Position numbers and translations under genes: made by a program. Below, in pieces: positions 60,074 to 64,000 of a stretch of DNA of 64,000 bases (within the stretch, counting starts at the first letter, position 1; every line of letters begins with the position of its first letter). The stretch comes from Hemiscyllium ocellatum (lineage: Eukaryota): positions 12,018,909 through 12,082,908 of the forward strand of contig NC_083430.1 in the NCBI RefSeq assembly GCF_020745735.1. The letters run 5' to 3'. The notes under the pieces were generated by a model, which saw only the letters and a list, made by a program, of their open reading frames with translations, was not told where the DNA came from and searched no databases.

Positions 60074-61785
60074 CTGAGCATTTCTTAACTCATTCCTGTT
60101 TGCCTTAAATTCCAGCTCAACGAGCAAACCTACATCCAGATTTGCTCAGCCCTTACAAAGAGCAGTCGCAAGTCAATCAAACTGCTGTGGGTCTGGATTC
60201 CCATGTTGTTCAGATCAGGTAAGGACAGCAGATTTCCTTTGAATTCCATTTTTAATAACTGAAATTACTCAGACTAGTTTCATGTTTCAGACTTATTGAT
60301 TGAATTTGAATTGTCAATTTTCATGAAAAAAAACATGATTTGGTTTACCAATGACCTTGTGGGAAAGAAATCTGTCATCTTTATCTGATCTGATCTACAC
60401 ATGACTCCAGACTAACAGCAATGTGTTTGACCGGCTGAGAATAAATGTTATTCTAGCCAGCGATGCCTGCATCCTGTGAATAAATAAATGCCCACTGCAC
60501 TTGCTTGGGCCTTTAAATTGCTGTCATCATGTCCTGTTCCTTTTCAAAATGTTACCTAATGCACCCATGCTTTATTGCAGCATTTTCTTCTCATCGATTT
60601 ATCTCCTTGATTTACTTCAGGAATTCAGTTTATTCAAGGCCGAGGTACTCATTCTGATTGTTCATCTTTAAATATGTTTTGTTCTTGAAGTTTAAAATCA
60701 GAGCTGCTTTAAAGTAGTTTAATTGGAAGTGACCTGGTTCTGGCTTTATAAGATTAAAGTTAATTCCCAATCTTCGCTCTGAGTCTCTCTGTACTGGCCA
60801 GCAAAGTGATTGTATTGAAGGTCACCTTGTGAGAGATGGAGGCAAGAAATCTGGCTGATTCTCTTCTTCCTAGCAAGAGGCTATTCACCCCTCACGAAAC
60901 CATCCTTAAAACTATTGTAAGAATTGAATTAGATAGTAAAGAAGTCTGACAAACTGCTTTTTCTGTTTTGAAAAGTGTTGGCAAACTGTCCCTTGAGTCT
61001 CATTGGAATACATCTTCTAACATCTCACTCAGCAGGCAGTGTTCCTCCTAATTGCATCTTCTATCCTGCAGCGTTTATATAATTGGGTCCATTTGACTGA
61101 TGGAGGTCAAGTCGTAGCTAGTCTCAAAAAGCTGTTCCAAAAGACCTCAACTGATTTATTAACTGCTTGGTTGGGAACTTGTCAAGTTGCCAGAAAGCTG
61201 CCGTGAGTGCCAGTTTGACACAGGCAGTTGTACTTTCGCCTCTGAGTGTTGAAGGTTGTGGCTTTCTGCTCTCAATGCCAATACAAAGTTTGACGGCTCA
61301 ATGCTGTATGCATTTTGTGCTTCTCTGTCAGACGTGGAGACTTTGGAGGAAGTATTTAACTAATGTCTTGTCTACTTATCCAGGAGATGAGAGTATTGGG
61401 AGATTTGTTAGAGATTATCAAAATCATGAGGCGTCTGGGCAGAGTAGAAACTGTTCCCATTGGTGGAAGGATCAAGAACCAGAGGTTGCATTTGTATGGG
61501 GTGCTGGTGACGCCAAATGTGGAGTACTGTGTACAGTTTTGGACTCCTTACTTGAGAATGTATGTGCTGGCACTGGAGGGGGTGCAGAGGAGGTTCATAG
61601 GTTGATTCCAGAGTTGAAGGGGTTGGCTTATGAGGAGACATTGAGTAAACTGGGACTATACTCATCAGAATTTAGAAGAATGTAGGAGATCTTATAGAAG
61701 CATATAAAATTATGAAGCAACTAGATTAGATAGAAGCAGGGAGGTTGTTTCCACTGGTGGATGAAACTAGAACTAGGGGGCATAG

Positions 61786-62323
61786 AACTGTGTGCAGTTC
61801 TGGTCTCCAAATTTGAGGAAAGACATTCTGGCTATTGAGGGAGTGCAGCGTAGGTTCACGACGTCAATTCCTGGAATGGCGGGATTACCTTACACTGAAA
61901 GACTGAAGCAACTGGGCTTGTATACCTTTGAGTTTAGAAGACTGAGAGGGGATCTGATTGAGACATATAAGATTATGAAAGGATTGGACACTCTGGCAGC
62001 AGGAAACATGTTTCCGTTGATGGGTGAGTGCCGAACCAGAGGACACAGCTTATAAATATGGGGTAGACCGTTTAGGACAGAGATGAAGAGAAACTTCTTC
62101 ACCCAGAGAGTGGTGACTGTGTGGAATGCTCTGCCCCAGAGGGCAGTGGAGACCCAGTCTCTGGTTCATTTAAGAAAGAGTTGGATAGAGCTCTCAAAGA
62201 TAGTTCAAGGGTTATGGAGATAAGGCAGGAAGAGGATACTAATTAGGAATGATCATATGGAATGGCAGTGCAGGCTCGAAAGGCTGAATGGCCTACTCCT
62301 GCACCTATTGTCTATTGTCTATT
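61786..62323 (+). mobile_element. Younger CR1 3' end nested in an older CR1
   Basis: QFWSPNLRKDILAIEGVQRRFT...RGDLIETYKIMKG; (CTATTGT)n tail. Confidence 0.9.
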
Positions 62324-62386
62324 CAAAATAAGGGAGGAGTAGATTTTGGACTGAGTTAAGGAGGAACTTCTTCACCCAAAGAGTCA

Positions 62387-62696
62387 TGGGTGGCATGGTG
62401 GCACAGTGGTTAGCACTGCTGCCTCACAGTGCCAGAGACCCGGGTTCAATTCCCGCCTCAGGCGACTGACTGTGTGGAGTTTGCACATTCTCCCCGTGTC
62501 CGGGAGGAGGTTTCCTCCGGGTGCTCCGGTTTCCTCCCACAGTCACAAAAATGTGCAGGTCAGGTGAATTGGCCATGATAAATTGCCCGTAGTGTTAGGT
62601 GAAGGGGTAAATGTATGGGTGGGTTGCGCTTCGGCGGGTCGGTGTGGACTTATTGGGCCGAAGGGCCTGTTTCCACACTGTAGATAATCTAATCTA
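62387..62696 (+). mobile_element. HE1 SINE, full length, CpG-rich (young)
   Basis: A box TGGCACAGTGG, B box GGTTCAATTCC, TAATCTAATCTA tail. Confidence 0.92.
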
Positions 62697-63419
62697 GTTG
62701 TGAATCCCCTTCCCCGAAAGCAGTTGAGACTACCTCGTTAAATGTTTTTAAGGCAAAGATAAATTTTTGAACAATAAAGGTTATAGAGTTGTGGTGAGTG
62801 AATGGGTAAGTGGAGCTGAGTCCATGAATAGATCAGCCATGACATTATTGGCAGAGCAGGCTTGATGGGCCAGATGGCCTACTCCTGCTCCTGTTTCTTA
62901 TGTCGCAGATTTAAAGAGTTTGGAACAGAAGAAGGTTATTATTGGTCTCAAAATGTTAACCTGGCTTCTTTCCCCACAGATGCTGCCAAATCTGCTGAGT
63001 TTCTCCTGCATTTTCTGTCTCATTTACCAGTTACATGGGCTTGTGCTTTTGGGATTCAAGAGGGAATTGGATTATTATCTGAAGAGGGAGGATGAGCAGG
63101 GACACAGGAGAAGGGAGAGAAATGGCAGTAAGTACACATCTCTCAGGGAGATCCAGCAAATAAATGCAGGACTGAATGGCTTCTATTTGCACTGTGAGCA
63201 TTTTATAAAAATTAAAGAGGCCATGGTATTCCAGGATTGTCTGATACATGGGGCGATGGGCTGAAGGGCAGCTGTTGATCTAACCCTCCTTTGGGAAACT
63301 GAGGTGATAAGGTGAAAGGGAGGAAAATCAACATTTCTCCATCTTCCTGCTGAACCTTTTATGTTAAAATTTCTCTCCTTGAATTTGAATCCATTCGCAC
63401 CTCCCTTTTCCCTTTCTTA

Positions 63420-63657
63420 GCTGACAGCAAATCCTAGGGAAACTCAGCAGGTCAGGCAGCACCTGAGGAGAGAGAAACAGGGTAAATATTTAGAGTCCAG
63501 TACAACTCTTCTTCACAAAGAACTGAGGAAAAATCACACTGGACTTGAAACGTTAGCTCTGTTTCTCTTTCCACAGATGCTGCCAGACCTTCGGAGTTTC
63601 TCTAGTATTCTCTGCGTTTGTTTCAGATTTCCTGCATCCAGCAGTATTTTGCTTTCA
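63420..63657. mobile_element. Fold-back pLTR, second subfamily
   Basis: Inverted arms meeting at ...TCTTCTTCA-caaagaa-CTGAGGAA...GAAACGTTAG. Confidence 0.7.
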
Positions 63658-64000
63658 TCACGCTAAATCCTGATCACTCATAATTCCCACAGCCACTGAT
63701 GTGTTTTTATTTCCAATTTAACATTGCCTTAATTTTTAAATTCGTGTCAGCATGGATGAGTTGGCCTGAAGAATCTGTTTCCGTGCTGTACAACTCTATG
63801 GCTCTGAGTCCCTGTTTCCAAATCCTTCCACTGTCTCATTCCTTTCACCTTTGTAACTTCCTGTGACCTTACGACGGTCAAAGATTCCTGTGTTCCTTCA
63901 AATCTGGCCACGTGCACATTCGTGCATTTGATTCTTCCACTGTTTCCAGCACTGTGTTCAACTGACCAGACCCTAACATTTCCATAATCCACCTCTTTAA

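Larger units (their letters stand above)
61385..62902 (+). mobile_element. Stack of same-strand CR1 3' ends
   Basis: CR1 at 61486-61785 resumes at about 62324 and ends about 62902; a further CR1 fragment at 61385-61485. Confidence 0.8.

Noticed and set aside
61167-61685. 172 aa ORF
   Set aside because: A chimeric read-through of SINE and CR1 fragments; the C-terminus is CR1 ORF2 (LGLYSSEFRRM).
62387-62460. tRNA genes at SINE heads (also 36630-36697)
   Set aside because: A and B boxes are present, but they run into SINE bodies and give no complete cloverleaf.

Overview
Eukaryotic, gene-poor, repeat-dense DNA, almost certainly from an elasmobranch (shark/ray), judged from about 12 HE1-type tRNA-derived SINEs, abundant CR1 LINE relics and DeuSINE-like relics. 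No intact host protein-coding gene can be supported: nearly all listed ORFs are fragments of decayed transposons or chance ORFs. Recognisable content: (1) Penelope-like elements (PLE), with a GIY-YIG endonuclease C-terminus at 1-351 and about 16 dispersed pseudo-LTR (pLTR) copies carrying a minimal hammerhead ribozyme. Many of these are short fold-back (palindromic) insertions with 7-15 bp target-site duplications, the most interesting system in the window. (2) Many nested CR1 LINEs, plus L2-, RTE- and Rex1-like fragments. (3) A decayed Gypsy pol (RT-RNaseH-INT) with PPT and probable 3' LTR. (4) A 1.1 kb TA-flanked Tigger/pogo-like DNA transposon inside a CR1. (5) A Harbinger-type Myb/SANT relic. 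(6) A 210 bp TATA-bearing direct-repeat pair, a 64 bp locally templated insertion, an assembly gap opening with telomere-like repeats, and repeat-free enhancer-like islands, one with 7 TGACAG (Meis/TALE) sites. Family names come from motif and sequence recognition, not database searches. Boundaries of old repeats are approximate.
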